From Raillietiella orientalis (taxonomy: Eukaryota): DNA of 64,000 nucleotides. The stretch spans positions 2,108,001 to 2,172,000 of the forward strand of contig JAYWIR010000007.1 of assembly GCA_036172245.1 (NCBI GenBank), in the 5' to 3' direction. Below the pieces are notes generated by a model. It was given only the letters and a program-made list of their open reading frames with translations, was not told the origin of the DNA and did not search any database. Of the stretch, positions 27,301 to 39,300 are shown piece by piece (positions within the stretch are counted from its first letter, which is position 1; every line of letters begins with the position of its first letter). Made by a program: the position numbers and the translations under genes.

Positions 27301-30300
27301 GTCGAGTCGCCCCTCTTCACCGTCTGGTTCCGGAACTTGATCTCAAACTGGGGGGGCGCTGTTGCGCCGGCGGCGCGCGTCAGCGAGGAGGGGCGCGAAG
27401 GCAATGCCTCACCTTGGACGGTCACCATGACCACCGCGCTGAGCCCTGCTCCTATGCCGTTCGTCGCCTCGCACAGGTAGTAGCCCTCGTGGGACTTCTG
27501 GATGTTGTAGATCAGGAGGGTACCGTCCTCCTGTATCTTCACGCTGCGCTCGTCGGTCTTGAGCTCCCGGTAGTCGGTGGGCGTCGATCCTGTCCCGGGA
27601 AAAAAATGGGGGAGTGGGGGAGGGGAGAAAAACTCCTTCCAGAGTAAGGGCGGGGGTGCCAACTCACCGAAGGCTTTCTTCCAGCTGATGGAAGGCTTCG
27701 GGAAGCCGTCGGCCTTGCACTCGATCTTCGCTTCCTTGCCCACGCCGTAGGCAGAGTCCTTGGGCTCGATCACCCAGCGGGGAGGAACTACGAAACGACG
27801 GCACCCGGTTAGCAAAGCGAGCAGCGACTCTGGGAGCAGGCAGAGGAGAGGGCGATGGAAGATCATGCAAGAGGAAGAAGGAGAAAGCCATGCAAAAAGA
27901 GGAGAAGGAGGAAAAGCCATGTGAGGAGGTCGTGCATTTCCTCCTCCGTCAAGCAGCAGAGGCTCCAACCAGCTCCTCCTCTGCGCATTCTAGAAGAGTG
28001 GAGGCGGAAGAGGGGCCTACCACACTGCGCATGCTCTTTTTCGGAGCGCTCCGAGACGGTGAGCGGCTGCCACCAAGGGGACAGGCGGGGGGCAGCCCCT
28101 CTCCCTTTCACCTTCATCCGTCTCGGAACTCTCCTGCCGAAGGAGGCACATGCAGACAGGAGAGATGCTGGCATGCAAGCGGCGTGCATGGGAGGGAAGG
28201 GGTTGGGGGTGGGATAACTCGACGAGGAGCGCTGGATGGTGGCGGGGAAAAAAGGGGAAGGAGGAGGAAGGTTGGTGGACGACGAGATCCCTAGAAACGG
28301 CGCTCTGCAGCTTTCCCGGAGCAGCCGCCACCTTTCCCTACATCCTTGGACGGCGACTTGCACGCGCGTGCCACTTCCTTACCAACGCCGATTCGCCACT
28401 CGCAGACCCCCGCGTCGCTGTAAGCACTCCTCCATCCTCCACCCCGGGACGGCAGCAGCTTTGCGCGCTGCTCGCAGGTACGGCACGAGGACCGAGGGAG
28501 GAAGAGAGGAGTGCGTCCCCCCCCCCCCCCGACAGAGGACGGAGGATGCGTCGTTGGGACACGAAAGCGCCTCGAGATTTCTGGGAACCTGTTCTGGAGA
28601 GCTCGGGACGCAGCCCTGCCAATCGCAAGGGCAGGAGGAAGGGCGCATCCGCCTTCCGTGCTTTTTTGCTTTCGCTGGCTGGGGTTCCGGAAGGGAGGGA
28701 GTTTGTGTCCGTCCCGAATGGCAGCGGAGATCCCGGGATGCAGGAAAACTCGGCACGGCGAAGGCCGACAGGTGGCAAGAGGGTCACACGTTTTGCTTAC
28801 GGGGTTCTGCAGGGAGCCTCTGCTCGTGGCAAAGAAAAAACGGCCGAAGGTAGGGAGTCCACCCATCCTCCCTTCCCATCACCCCTGAGCTCCAAACCAA
28901 GCAGCCTGCGACAGGAAAAAGGGAACGTTCCTGCTATTAGGGGGCTTGCCGCCATTTCATCCCCGAGATCACGCACGATGCTCCGTCCCCTTCACCCTGG
29001 CGGACCTCCCAGCTCTGGGAAAGCGCCCGTCGGACATCGCACATCCTCCCTCTCTCTGCCCAGATCCCAACCCCATCCTCCTCTTCCCTGTTTGGTCTTT
29101 TCACGAAAGAACCTTCCCAACTCTATCATTCTCCTAAAAGACTCACACCACACAAAGGAAGCCGCGAGAAGTGCGGGAGGAAACCACATGGAAACTGCCC
29201 CGAATGAGAACCAACCGGGAAGGAGAAAGGGAGGAAGAAGGAAGGGGAAAGGAGAAGGAAAGAGGACAAAAGCAAGAAGAGGTGGTAGCAGTGAAGGAAA
29301 GATAGAGGATAAAGAAGAGAAGCAAGAAGGTGAAAAGAAAGGGAGGAGAGAGGGAAGAAGAGGACAACCAGGACGAGAAGGAAAAAAAAAAAGGGCGAAC
29401 AGGAAGAGTACCAGAAGAGAAGGAAACGCCTTTCTCAGAAGGGCTTGTCCGGTCCGGTATTGGGGGCAGCATTCCTCCGCGACTCCCTGCATCCGCCGCG
29501 CCAGTGGGTGAAGGGCAAAAGAAGCAGCGACACGGGTAGGGCGAGCAGGCAGCTCCCGAGGGAGTGGCGGGACGGGAGGGAGGGAGAGAGGTCCCGATAA
29601 CGCCGGCGTACCGTGGACCAGCAGCTCCGTGGAGAAGGATGTTTCCCCAGCCTCGTTCCTGGCGGAGCACGTGTACAGCCCGCTGTGCCCCAGACCGACG
29701 CTGTCCAGGACGAGCGTGCTGCTCCTCTTACTGGTCCTGCTCGTGTGGATTCCCATCTGCGTCGACACATTCTCTCCGTGGAAAGTCCAGGATATCGAAA
29801 GGGGCAGGTCGCCTTCCGGGATCAGGCAGGTGAGCTGGGCGAAACTTCCCGGGGTCCAGAGCGCTTCACCGAAGGTGAAGGGGATAATCTTCGGAGGAAC
29901 TAGGCACAACGGTTTCCGTTAGTTCCCGGGACCTCGGAGGGAGGAGACCAAAAGACGGGGAGGGGAAGAAAAAAAAAAAAAAGCAAACGGAGGGAGGGGG
30001 AGAACTCGGTATCGCGTCCGTTCGCGGCGTGCGCCGGCCACCCTGCTCTCTCCCAGTTGCTCTCTCGTCTCGCAAGGACGGGAAGGAGGGGGGAAGGAGG
30101 AAGTATCGAGGCGACCCTTCGCGAGGGGGTGACGGGGTGCAAGAGGGGGAAGGGGCGGGGCTCCTGCAGACCGTTCACTCGCAGCTCGGCCGTGTAGTTG
30201 CTCGACCCGGCGGTGTTCTCCGCGGCGCACGTGTAGTTGCCGGCGTGAAAGGAGGCCACGTCCTCGATGCTGAGTATGGTGATGCCGCTGCCGATCCTGT

Positions 30301-33300
30301 GGGTCTTCACTCCTCGCTGGGCGCTGAGCTCCTTCCCGTGGAATGTCCACCACAGCTTCAAGGGGGGGTCCCCCGTCACGGTCACACACTGCAGGCTTGC
30401 GAGCGCCCCCTCCAGGAGGGGCTGCGGGCCGAAGGAGAAGGGCAGGATTTTGGGAGGAACTGAAAATCAAGACGCCCAACGTGACCCTCAGCCGGTCTGC
30501 CGCCGCTGCATCCCGCGCGCGCGCCTCTTCCGAAGAACTCCCTCCTGCGTCCAGCTCCGAGTCTCTTCTTCCTCGCTCCGGATGCTTGCCCGGGAGTCGC
30601 GGGTGAACGGCACGCCCTCTTCCTTCCCTCCCCTCCCCCACTTTCCTCACGCCCCAATTATCAACGTTCTGAGCTCCGGGAAGGTTTTCCTCGAGAGGGA
30701 GAAACAGGGATCAGATCGTGGCACGCACACACACAGGAAGGGAGGGGGAAGCGCACGCATCCCCCCATTCAGGAGGGGACGCCAGGTACCGTTCACGACC
30801 AGCCGCGCGGTGTACTCGGCTGTTCCCGCGCCGTTGGCGGCCGTGCACGTGTAGTTCCCCGAGTGCTCCGGGCGCACGGCGTCTATGGAGAGGGCGCTTA
30901 TCCGAGATCCGTGTTTCGCAGTGGAGACGCCCCGGTTCGACTGCGGCCCCACGCTGTGGAACGTCCAGGACATCTGCAAGGGGAGGTCTCCCAGGGCGAC
31001 CACGCACTGCAGGCTGGCGAGGGCTCCTTCCAGGAGCGGCTCCGCCCCGAACGTGAAGGGCAGGATCTCCGGAGGCACTACGGGAGGAAGACCAGGAGGA
31101 AGGGTAGGAAGGCGCCGGCTGAAGGAGGAGGCGAGTTGACTGGCGCCGATCTCCTTCCGGCTCTCCTCCGAGGAAGACGGGAGGGATGCCGCTAGGGTTC
31201 CCTTCTCCTTACATCTCCCCCTTTCCTCAGCTCTGGAGAGCGGCTCTCTAGAAACCGAAAGGGAGGCAGAAGAACTGCCGAGACAACCAGGACGGAGATG
31301 CTCCCCAAGGGCCGAAGAGGAGAAAGAGACGCAGGAGGGAGCGCTTGCACGCTTTCGGGAGGGGAAGGAGCAATCGTTCCACCTTCTCCGGTCCCAATGG
31401 CCAGAGTCCCCCGTTTGTCGAGGGAGCGTCCGGTCCCCTCCACGCAGCCAGGGAAGCGGGAAGGACAGGGGGAGGGGTGTTGAAGAGGAGGAGGCAGGAA
31501 AGCAGGAGAACACGAGGGACGGTGAGAGGGTGGGTCGAAGCAGGCGGGGGACATTTTCAGGACACGGGAGAGGGGAGGGGGAGGAGTAGAAGGAAGGGAG
31601 GGCGTGGTGGGGGTGGAGGGGTTACCGTTGATGATGAGCTCCGCCGTCCGGTTGGCGGCGCCGAAGCGGTTGCGCGCCAGGCAGGTGTAATTCCCCGCGT
31701 GGAAGGGCTTCAGGTAGTCGATGACCAGTAGGCTGGCCCTGCTCCCGAACTTTTGGGTCGACACGCCCGAGCTGGACGAAATGTTTTCCCCGTGCAGGCT
31801 CCAGGTGATCTGGACCGGCAGGTCTCCTTTGGAGACGACACACTGGACCTGCACGAAGGCCCCGACGTTCTCCTGCTTCCCGAAAGAGAACGGCACGATT
31901 TCGGGAACATCTGGAAGCAGCAGCACCGCCCAACGCTTTTTTTTTTGCTTTTCTTTTTCTTTCCCCTTCCTGGAAGAAACGCGCACGCGCCGGCGGCAGC
32001 GAAAAAGAAAGGAGGCGACCCGTTCGCCACGCGCACCCTTTTCGAACCTTGAGAGGTGGTGGCGGTGGTGGTGGTCGTTGGACGGCGAGGAAGGGGGGGA
32101 AGGGGAAGGAAAGGCGAGGAAAGGGCACTGCCGGAAGGGAGGGAGGGAGGAGAAAGGTCAGCTGTGGCTGGCACCGGCACGGGTTACCGTTGACCGTGAG
32201 CTCCGCCGTGTGGTTCGCCGACCCCACGGAGTTGCGGGCGACGCACGTGTAGTTCCCCGTGTGGGTGGATTCGAGCCTGTCGATGGACAGGATGCTGGAC
32301 CGGTCGCCGAGTCTGGTCACGCGGATGCCGGGATCCGACGCCACCTCCCTCCCGTGCACCGTCCAACTGACGACCAGGGGCAGGTCGCCCTTGGGGACGA
32401 TGCACTGCACCTGGGCCAGGATGCCCACGTCGAGGGCGTGGTTCCCGAAGCTGAACGGGGTGATCTGCGGCAGGTCTAAAAAAAGGTCACCAGCGCGGTT
32501 CGTGAAGAGCGTCCGATGAACCCTCCGCCGCTGCTCGTGGAGGCAGCGAGGATGAGACTGCGGCGGAGATCCCGGAACGACATCCGCTCGCACGCGCCCC
32601 GGGCGCATCTCAGAGGAAGAGAAGAAAGGGAGGGAGAGACGCAGGACGCCTCGACTCCCCTCCTGGGTCTTTCGAGCAGGCGGGAAGAAAAGGAATATGG
32701 CTGTTCGCACCGCCCCTCCCTCCTCCCCAGCCAAATTGCAATGCCCGCCGGCTCCAACGGTACGCGCTGCCTCCCTCCTCCTCCTCCTCCATCGTCGCCT
32801 TCCTCTTTTCTTTCCCTTCCGATCAACCACTGGTGCTGCCTCGACCGCGCAGGGGGACTGAACAAGCCCGAGGGAGGAGAGGAAGGGGAAGGGCAGGCCC
32901 ACGGAGGGAAAGAGAGCGGGGAGCAGGAGCGGGGGGAAGATGCGAAAGAAGCAGGAGCGGGGCTGGGCAGCCGTTTACTTGTAACCGTGAGCTCGGCAGA
33001 AAAGTTGGCCGTGCCGAAGCCGTTGGTCGCCGTGCACGTGTACACCCCGGCGTTGGAGAGCTGCACGTGATCGATCAGCAGCAGGCTGGTCCTGATGCCG
33101 GCCTTCATGGTCTTCGTGCCGGCGTACGAGGCGGAGTTCTGTCCGTAGAAAGACCAGCGGATCTCGATGGGCACGTCTCCCTTGGGGACGTGGCAGGTGA
33201 CCTGCGTGCTGTCTCCGGAATGCACGGGAACGTCGAACGAAAAGGGAGCGATGTGCGGAGGAACTTGCCATGAAATGAGAGGCGAGGTGAGCCTGGAGGC

Positions 33301-36300
33301 AGGTCACGTGAGCGACCTTTCCGGGAGACCCACGGTCTCTCGCAGCGGAGACGGCAGAAGAGCGACGACGGGCCGCCTTTCCGCCTGCGCACCTCCGTCC
33401 CTCCCCTCCCCGAAACCCTCCAGATACCGAATGACTTCTTCCTGCGGAGGACGGCAGCAGGCAGAGGAGGAAGAGGAGGAGGAAGAGGAATGCACACCGG
33501 AACGGTGGCAACACGAGAGGAGGAAGGCCAGCACAAGAATGCCGAAGGGTGCGAAGGACCAAAGCGCCGTGCACGCACGGAAAAACCTGGGCAGGAAGAC
33601 GCGCAGCGAGAGAGCGCCTCGGATACCGTTCACGGTGACCTCGGCGACTTGCTCCGCCTTGCCAGCATGGTTGATGGCGGTGCACGTGTAGACGCCGCTG
33701 TGCTCCTGACGCGCGGAAAGGATCGTCAGCAAACTGCTCCGATTTCCTATTTTCATCGTGGTTATCCCGACGGTGGAAACGCTGTTCCCGGAAAACGTCC
33801 ACCTTATCTCTAGTGGCTCGTCGCCTTTTGTCACGAAACAGTTCATCTGGATGTTCGTTCCAGCATCGATAGGGCCGTCCACAAAGAATGGTAGGATAGC
33901 AGGAGGAACTACGGAAAGCTGCCGTAAAGCTTTTTTTTTTATGCCATCACCCCTAGAAACACGAACGCAGGCGAGGAAAAAAAAAAAAAAGGAAAAAGGC
34001 CTTCGGCACTTTGAGGAACAAGTGGTTGAAGGAGCGTGGGTGACTCTTTTTCCAACTAGCACAAAGCCATCTCTGGAAGTACCGTTCACCACCAGCTCGA
34101 TGCTTTCCTGGGCGACACCGGCGCCGTTGGAGGCCGTGCACGTGTACGTTCCGCTGTGATAGAACTTGATCTGATCGATGTTGAGCAAACTCGTCCTCGT
34201 TCCAAAGCGGACGGTGGAAATGCCGTGCTGCCCGACTAGTTCTTCTCCGTGGAAGTTCCACGAGATGGAGAGCGGAAGGTCTCCTTTCGACACAATGCAG
34301 TTCAGCTGGACGATGTCTCCTTCGTAGACGGGGTCATCGAACTTGAACGCATTTATAGAAGGAGCAACTAAAAACGTAGCAGTCTCGTTCTCTTGTCTTT
34401 TTTTTCCTTTCGATCGTTCCTTTTTTTTTTTTTTTGCTTTTTGTTTCGTTTTAAGGAATTTCCGGAAGGTCTTTGTTGCGGTGTCGAAAAGTGCTGACAT
34501 CTAGTTAACGTTTTCAAGAAAAAAGCCGCGCGCGGAGGTGACGTAACGATCCAACGGTAATGTTTGTTTTTGGGAAAAACAAACTAACATTAGTGTCGAA
34601 CGTGACAACAAAACAAAAACAAAACAAGAACGGCGAAAGACGGTAACGACCGTCGTTAGGACGAGGACATTGTTGCCGAAAAAACAAGAAACAAAAATGA
34701 TTAGCTAAAACAAACATGGAACAACTTTAGGAGCCTGCAACAATGGACTGAAGGCTGTGACGTGCACGTTGCCCCTGGAAACGGGTAACTCACCTTCGAC
34801 GAACTGCTACGGGTAAAGCGGCGCGAACACGGAAGAGGAAAAAAGAAGCGGCAAAAGAGAGGTAAAAACAAAAAGAATAACAGAGTCCCGTGAAGAAAAA
34901 ATGGAGAGAGCTCGCAAGAGAAGAAGAAAAAAAAAAAAAAAGAGAAAAAGCTTGCAACAGGAACACGAAGAAGGAATGCGATGACCTACGGAAAAGGAGA
35001 GAGAGAGCGGAAAAAAAAGAAAGGAAAAAAGGACGACGAGTCGAGAGAGTATCACGCACGGATCTGCGAGCCAATCCTCGTGGGGACCATCAGCGGCAGC
35101 AAGAAGGCAGCAGCCAATTTTCGGATCTGGAGACTGTCTGCCTAGCTTAGCTAACACGTCCAGTGTGCGGTCGGTAGCTACGTGAGCCATGTCGCGGGAG
35201 ACGGGGAGCGCGCGTGCGAGGCGCCAGTGCGGCGTCACCTTACCCATGACTTCCACTTCCACGTTCGCCCTTGAGGAGTACCCTTGCGCGTTCTTCACGA
35301 CGCAGGTGTAGGTGTTCTGGTCCACGTTCCTCTGCACGTTCTCGATGAAGAGGGTCCCGTTAGGGAACACCTTCTGCTTCTTGTTCACCGGTAGCACGCG
35401 TCCGTCTGGAAGGAGCACCGGTCAGAAAGAACACAAAGGTGAGGCTCAGGAGGGATGGTGAACATGGCGAACGGCGAGTGGCAGAAGGGAAAAAAATCAA
35501 AACAAACACTAAGAAGAAAACAACATCAGTAGCAACCATCGCGGGGGCAGCCGTGTGTTTCCGCCACGGCTGCCATATTTCCGGCATCCATTCCGGAAGG
35601 TCGGGTCATCCTTCCGGTTCCTACTGGAAGAGCCCAGAGATGTAAAGGGCGATGGGGTGGGTAGGTAAGAGATAAATGATAAGTGGGCAGCTGGGGGAGA
35701 AAGGGCGTCCCCTGTGAACTTACTTGCTTCCCAGATGATGGTGGAGATAGGGTAGCCTGCTGCGGGGCAATGGATCGCCAGGCTCTCGCCGGCCACCACC
35801 ATCCTCTTCCTCATCGGTCGCACGTAAGGAAGGCCGAAGACGTCCAGTCGCTGAGAGTGTTCCACCTGCCCCACCTTCGACGTCGCAAGGCACTTGTAGC
35901 TGCCCCCGTCGTGGGTGTGCACGCGGGTGATGTTCAGCTGGGACATCACGTCTCCCCCCGAGGTCAGATGTTGGCTTATGGACAAGCTGAGAGAACAAGG
36001 GAAAACCGGTGTAGGTGTGGACAAGACTCCCTTTTTTTCTTTTTTTGCGTGTGCGTGAGCGAGTGCTCGAAAGGCAGAGGAGGAGGAGGAGGGTGGGTGC
36101 GAAACGCTGCTCTTTCTTACCGCTCCGAAGGTTCGATCTTGTTCCCATCCAGCTGCCAGGTGATTTCAGGAACCGGGTTGCCCGTGGCGGAGCACTGCAG
36201 CATGACGTCGGATTCCGGGTGGAGAATCTTCTTCTCGAATTTGAAGATGAATTCCGGAGGAACATCTGCGGGATTAAAAGTCGCCGTTGTAACAAAAAGA

Positions 36301-39300
36301 AGGGTCCAACATCCGCGGGAGGGAAGGGTGAGGGGAGAGGAGAAAGGAAAGGGGAAGCACTCACAGCGTCCGCCCAGTTTGAGCTCGGAAGTGCCCTGGG
36401 CACTCTCGTGGTCGTTCTCCACGAAGCACTGGTACATCCCTTTGCTCTCCTTCTGCACTGCCTCGATGAACAGCACCCGGTCGAAGATGTTGAGGGGAAC
36501 CCCATCCTTGAGCCACTTCACCCCCTTGATGGGGTTGCCCGAAACGGAGCAGGTGAGGGTGGCCGAGCGGCCAAATTCGACCACCTGGGTCTGGGGTTCC
36601 ACGGTTGCGGTCAGGGGAGCTGCAGAAGGGTGGAAACCAACGTGGTGTCCCTCCTCTCTCTCTCTCTCTCGCGCGCGCGCGCCATTCAACCTGTGACGGT
36701 CAGCACCGTCTCCACGCTCTCCCCGCCGACGGAGTTGTTGGCAACGCAGATATACTTCCCGGAGTCCTCGACCCTCGCTTCCTTGATGATGAGGATGCCG
36801 CTGATCATCTTGATGCGATCCTCGGGACGCATGAGGATTTTCTTCCCGCTGTTCTCGTCGACGCGATACCATCTGACGCCGAAGAAGAAGGAAAGAGAAA
36901 AAAAAAAAAAACGTTTCAGCAGAAGACAGAAACATCCTTGGAAAGGAAGGCGCGGATAAGCGGGAGACAGGAAGAAGGAACGGGGCTGGGGGAGGGGAAG
37001 GGGAAGATAGGAAAGGGGAGGGGAAAAACCCGTCCGGTGCGGAGGACCACGCGCTGCGGCCGGGGAGCCGCTGCCGCCGAAGAGGGAGACGAGGTGGTCC
37101 ACACATATCCCGCACGCGAGCTGCGGGTAACGATGCTTCTGGAAAGGTCACCCGGCAGATGCGGAAACTCGGGAGGCTGCAGAAACAGTGATGGAACTTC
37201 TCCGCCCGCGTAGGGGACGCCGTGCGTTGCCGAGGGAAAGGAGAGACGCTTCGCGAGGAGGAGGAACAGAGAGGGGGGGGGGGAATAAAAAGAGGGTCAG
37301 TCCGGGAGACGAGTCGACGTAGGAGTCCTCCCCCGAGGCACTCGCGCCTCGACGAGGATAATTGCCTCCATTGTTGCACGGCCTGCATTCGCGCCTCGAT
37401 CGCCCCTACCGAACTTCCCCGGGAGCCCCGAACCACTGGAAAGGTCTCCTCCCTTTCTAGGCCAAAAGCGAACCGGAAGGTTCCGCATTCTTCTGGCAGG
37501 CGGGCAGCTGCCGTGGACGCTGCCACCTGGAGACGTCGGCACGGTCGCTACGTGCGTGCGTGCGTGCGTGTGTAGGAGGTCATGCGGTCCGGAGCCTACC
37601 CGGAGCCTTTCGGCGACTCCAGCCCGAATCAGAATCTCTCCCTCTCGGAGACGCGCCAGTAAGTGGGAAGAAGGCCGAGATCCAAAGAGGACGAAGAAGA
37701 GGCAAACAGGAGGTGGCGCCGCACTCGTCGTCCTTGATGCCGCGATGAAGAGAAGGCGAGACAAGGGAGGAGGAAGATGGTTCCCGCGGTCCCAGGAGCT
37801 AAAAGCGCCGAGGTGCCAGACTATCGAGGCGAGGCGGCTCCTCGACCTGAGCGCGGTTCCATCTGTGCCGGCGTCGCGGCAGCTTTGCACCCGACCGGCG
37901 CGGCACGGAAAAAAAAAGGGGGAAGGGAAGGGGGGAGAAATGGGTGTCCTCCGGCCCGCGTGGCAGCATGAAGCGGGCCGAGTGGGATGGAGCACCGCCT
38001 AAATCGAGCACCTGGCCCATCCCACTGCTGCTGCTGCTGCTGCTACTCGCGTCACGCGCCCCTGCTGTTCCGTGGTGGAACCTCGCGTGCAAGGAGAGGC
38101 AGCCCAGGTCCGGAGGACCCTCTTGCCTCTGCACCACGAGAACCCCCCGAGGAACGCTCGCTCCGGAGGCAGGGCACGCGCGGGTGAGGGGAGGTGCCCG
38201 CCGCGGACGCAAAGGCCAGCACGATGCGTCTCGTGCGCGGCTGTGACGCCACGCAGAAATGATCGACGGCGGCTCCCTCTGACAACTCGCGAGAAACCAC
38301 CGCTCGGCGCCTCCCCTCTTGCGAGTTCCGAGGAGTCGACAACGAATGAGACGTCTCTTTCTTTCCTTCTTCCCTTTTTCCGTTTTTTTTTTTTTTCATT
38401 TTTCATTTTTCATTTTTTCCCCCGTTCTTTGGGGCTGGGGTGCGCGGCGGCTCATAAGTGCGCGCGCTACCTAGAAACCCGCCCACGACACACCGCCCAT
38501 TTCTCGGAAAACTGCAGGGTCTTTGCTTCAGTATTGCTGCAGTTTTCAAACAACCGAAGAAGAGCAAGCAGGGTGGAGGAGGAGGAGGAAGACGGGGGGG
38601 GGGGGGGAGAAGGAAGAAAACCTGACGAACAAATGTTAAAACGGCAATTCCCATGCGCCGCTCCACCCAGATTTATTGGGAACAAATAGCACAAGTAGGC
38701 CTCATCATTCGTCAGTCGCTAGGCAACCACACGAAGAGAGCCCTAGCGAGATCCTGGCACCCTGCATTAACACAAAATAGATCATGTCTCCGAACACGTC
38801 GGATTCCTGCGATAACAAGCGCTCAACACGAAGGGCTCAGGGGGGAGCGAAACAGTACCGGCGACATCCGGTAGATGCCGCGGCGCGTCCGGCAGCAAGC
38901 AGCCTTGGAGCAAGGAGCGAAAGAGGAAAAGACGAGCTCGACCTGAAAAACGCCTTCCCACTCGGGGGGGAGGGAAGCCCCGGAAACCGCAGGTGGGCAC
39001 CAGCAGCGGAAGGACGGAGCAGCTTTCTTCGGGGGCTGGAAAACGAGCCACCTCTGCCGAAGGCAGGGTTCCGCTGGGGCCTCGGCGTCTTTCGGGGAAA
39101 CCGCTCTCCTCTGGCTGCGGGACCGATCGAAGGGCGGCGAAAGTTTCCGGTGGACAGAAGCCGCTTCCACCGCTGATGCCTCTACCGTTTCCTGCCTCGA
39201 GGAGCGGCTGAAAAAGGAAGGACCAGCGAGGAAGCCGCCGCGCCGGTAGCGAACGGCGGCAACGTCGTTTCCCGGCGATTCGAAGAGACGCGCGCAGCTG

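Noticed and set aside
29131..34733. Putative Ig7 docking/selector pair (ctcctaaaag / actttaggag)
   Set aside because: Only about 8-9 nt of complementarity and not repeated across variants; expected by chance
34794..34806. Micro-exon-like AG..GTGAGT before the Ig7 array
   Set aside because: 10 or 13 nt would shift the frame; no further support
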